The notes under the pieces are model-generated. The model worked only from the letters and a program-made list of their open reading frames with translations, was not told the origin of the DNA and ran no database searches. DNA of 64,000 nucleotides from contig OZ059899.1 in the NCBI GenBank assembly GCA_964057225.1, positions 12,214,001 to 12,278,000 of the forward strand, written 5' to 3'. Position 1 is the stretch's first letter, and every line of letters starts with the position of its first letter. Shown piece by piece: positions 60,997 to 64,000 of the stretch. The translations under genes and the position numbers were made by a program. Source of the DNA: Auanema rhodensis. Lineage: Eukaryota; Animalia; Nematoda.

Positions 60997-63900
60997 ATGG
61001 CTAATTTCTGCCCTAATAATCGTGACTTGGCATGCTTCTTAGTCACTAAATTATCATGGAAAGGAAGGTACATATACAGTCTTTACTTCAAAGTTTAATA
61101 GTTTAATGTTATTTATTCAGATACAAACGAATTTTTTCAATAGGCACTCTTGCCGTATCCACCTATAATCCTCAAACTTTGGAGATAACGAATCAAGTAG
61201 TTATTTTTTAAATACTTAAACTAACTATATTGCATTCAGTGGGGTTACGAGGATTTTATAAATATCAAGCCATCTCCTAAAAATAATCCAAATGATAATT
61301 CTAAAATGGATGAATTTGTTATTGTAGTTAGAAGCAAAGGGAAAAGAGTATGTTCTGTGGTACTTATTTTTCTTTGAATTCACGTTCTAGGATACTATGC
61401 GATTTGCTTCTGAATACTCTGTTGACATAATAACTGAGTGCTTACTCCTAAACACTAAATTTGCTGATCAAAATAGTTCACCAGTGGTAACTTTTGTTTG
61501 TTTTGTTTTTCTATTTGCAATGATATTCAGGATATTAATGGTGTTAAACATAGCTGGTCCGGTCAACGTATACCTGTTATTCTAAGAACTAATGCTGCAG
61601 CTTTGGAACAAGTATTTTTACATTTATATAAAAGTATTTTTCTTCTCATCGTAGGTGGATAATCGGGGTGTTGTTGTACAAATATATCCGTATAAGAATA
61701 TTAAAAGTGTTGGAAAGGTTTGAGTTTTTTTTATTTCATAAGTGTAATTATTAATATGATTTAGATTAGCAATGCTCCAGGAATGTTCCAAATTGAAATT
61801 GGTGATCATCGGCGAAGAGTGAGAGTTTAAGTTTTCTTTCGCTAACTCTTGTATTGTTATAGCATGCTTTCGCTTCTGCAAGTATGGAAAGACTAGTTGA
61901 AGATATGAAACAGATGGCTTCTGATAATCTCGGAATGGTTATACCTATAGATAGAAAAACTATATCAGTTGAAGATTTTGAAATGACTAGATTGGGATTA
62001 TGCAGGTTAGAAATATATATCAATTTCAATTTATAAATGATTTCTCTTTAGTACTGATGATAAGATAACCTCATATGCTGAATTTCATGTCAATAAGTAT
62101 ACTAAACGAAGAGATGGACATATACGTAGAATTTTATGTTTGAGTGAGTCATGTATAATAGAAAGAGATCCAGCTTCATATTCTGTAATTTGTGCCACCC
62201 CATTAAAAAATGTAAGTAATGACGGATCTCTGTATTTACATATTCTTTGTTAATTTCAGATTGTGTGCTTGGCGAGACTTGAAAAAGATCCCCAACAGTT
62301 CATTATTGAATATGTTTCTGGTGAAGGTAGAACATATTCTTCAAGCGAACGGTAATTTTGTCTCATTTCATCCTTGATAAACTTTGTTCTATATAGTGAT
62401 TTGATTTTGGCTTCTCTTCTCGATGGAATTCGAGCTTCAGGAAATGAGCAGGTTTTCGTGTCTGGACATAGGTTTGACAGAGCTTTGCGGCTCTTACCTC
62501 ATAATATGCTTCTCGATGAGGATGGTGAATCTCAGATGATGAGACATGTTATTGCTCCTCCTCGTAAGATTTCTAGTAATTTGGAGTATTTGAAATATTT
62601 TTTAAGCTGGATTGAAAAGATCTGATTTGATTCGCAGGTTCAATGCAAATATTCCGTATAATGGTTTAACATATTCTCGTTCACATGACGTAAGCCAAAA
62701 ATGGTTAACAGAATATTTTGGTTTTCCTCTTTTAGGGATTCTTTTCTGAAAACAAAGGGAAGGTCATTGTCGCTGCCCTGGAGGCAGTTTTGGGTGAAAG
62801 TTATGAGAAGGTAAGCTTAATCTTTTCTTTGAAGCTCATATAAAATTCTAGGATGATCCTCAACATATTCATAAATGTGAAGCACAGCTTCAGTGCTTAA
62901 GACGACTCTTCGCCTCCAAAAGTGGATTCCAAGCATTCACTGAAGTCAATGGGTTCGAATAATGAAGTGTTCACCTCACTTTTTTACCAATTTCTTTGCA
63001 GAGTCCGTGAGAAATTAGGAGTGTTAGTAGTTAGAGCTCTTGCCAAAAAGAGTGAATGCGTAGACCATGCAGTGGTTGAAGCGTTATCGGCTCTTATGCA
63101 TCCAATGCATGATCAGTACGAAATCCGTATAGAACAATTGAATAAGAAAAGCTTGCTGTCATCTCCAAAATTTGTTGAGGAATTATTAGATTTGGTTGTC
63201 AATCATGTGGTAAAGCTAAAAACCTACAAAATACAAAATATCTGAATTAAAATTTAGGCCAGAGGGACAGGTTGGCTTGTCATAGCTTCCATGCTTGATT
63301 TTTTAACTTATGCTGTATGTGCCCCATACAGTGAGACTACTGAAGGTGCAACATTCGATTCAATCATCAAAATGGTTGCTGATCGTGGGCGTAGTTTTTA
63401 TCGTCTTTTCCATACTTCTAGCATGACTATCGTGAAAGGTTAGATATTTAGTGTTTCGAGATCATGAATTATAACATTAGGTGCTGGTATGGTTATGAGG
63501 GCTATCATCGAAGAAGCTGATCCTGAAATTTCTAAGCAAATGCAAATTCTCGCAATAACTGAAGGAGCATTTCTTTCTCATCTTTACTCTGCGTTGCTAT
63601 CTAAAGGAAAAGATCTTAGAGTAGGCTATTCGAATTTAGAAATGGTTCAAAATAATGATTATAGGTTTTAACTAACAAGCAGCTTAGTGGCCACTTGATT
63701 AGTTTATGGTTAAGTGATAATATCCCCGCTAATGACCTGATGTCTAGATGCCTTGTATGTCATTTAAAATATTTTCAATTTTATTTGCTTCTTTTTAGCC
63801 CCGCGGACTTCTTAACTTCCTCAGTTCCGATGCCGAAGTTCCTGTCAAAGAAGCAGATCTTCTTATTCCTCGAAATAACTTAGAAGCTGCGACAAATGAA

Positions 63901-64000
63901 CAAAAGGCCCAGGGAGCCATCAAAGAGAAACTTGATTATTTGAGGTTTCACAGTTGAATCCATAAAAAATTATTGAGATTTTGTTCAGAGTAACAGCAGA
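60997..64000 (+). CDS. rme-8: RME-8/DNAJC13, 5' part (runs off the window)
   Basis: [50 protein letters not shown]; '[10 protein letters not shown]', '[12 protein letters not shown]', '[12 protein letters not shown]', '[15 protein letters not shown]'. Confidence 0.96.

Overview
AT-rich, intron-dense nuclear DNA from a nematode, probably a clade V rhabditid (introns mostly ~40-55 nt; several start codons directly behind trans-splice-like acceptors). Host genes recognised by splicing exons by hand: a divergent RhoGAP-like gene, rps-17, a nuclear receptor with a strikingly RAR-like DNA-binding domain and a collapsed ligand-binding domain, importin-beta (imb-1), nsf-1, a small secreted His-rich peptide, a CSPG4/NG2-like proteoglycan, an operon-like run ngp-1 > CNEP1R1/Spo7 > PQ-loop (SLC66A2-like) with an antisense amine GPCR nested in a 5-kb intron, cox-6C and the 5' part of rme-8. 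The main accessory element is a 3.3-kb internally deleted Maverick/Polinton (30163-33505). It has 81-bp TIRs starting AGTAGT, a 6-bp TSD (AACTGA), and adenain-protease and pPolB remnants. It also carries intron-containing cargo: a four-exon PaREP1/HEPN-like gene and a convergent second spliced gene remnant. It sits in an intron of a decayed host gene. Several non-coding blocks fold into stem-loop arrays, including a pre-miRNA-like hairpin at 20157-20235. Gene names rest on motif recognition from memory; no searches were run.
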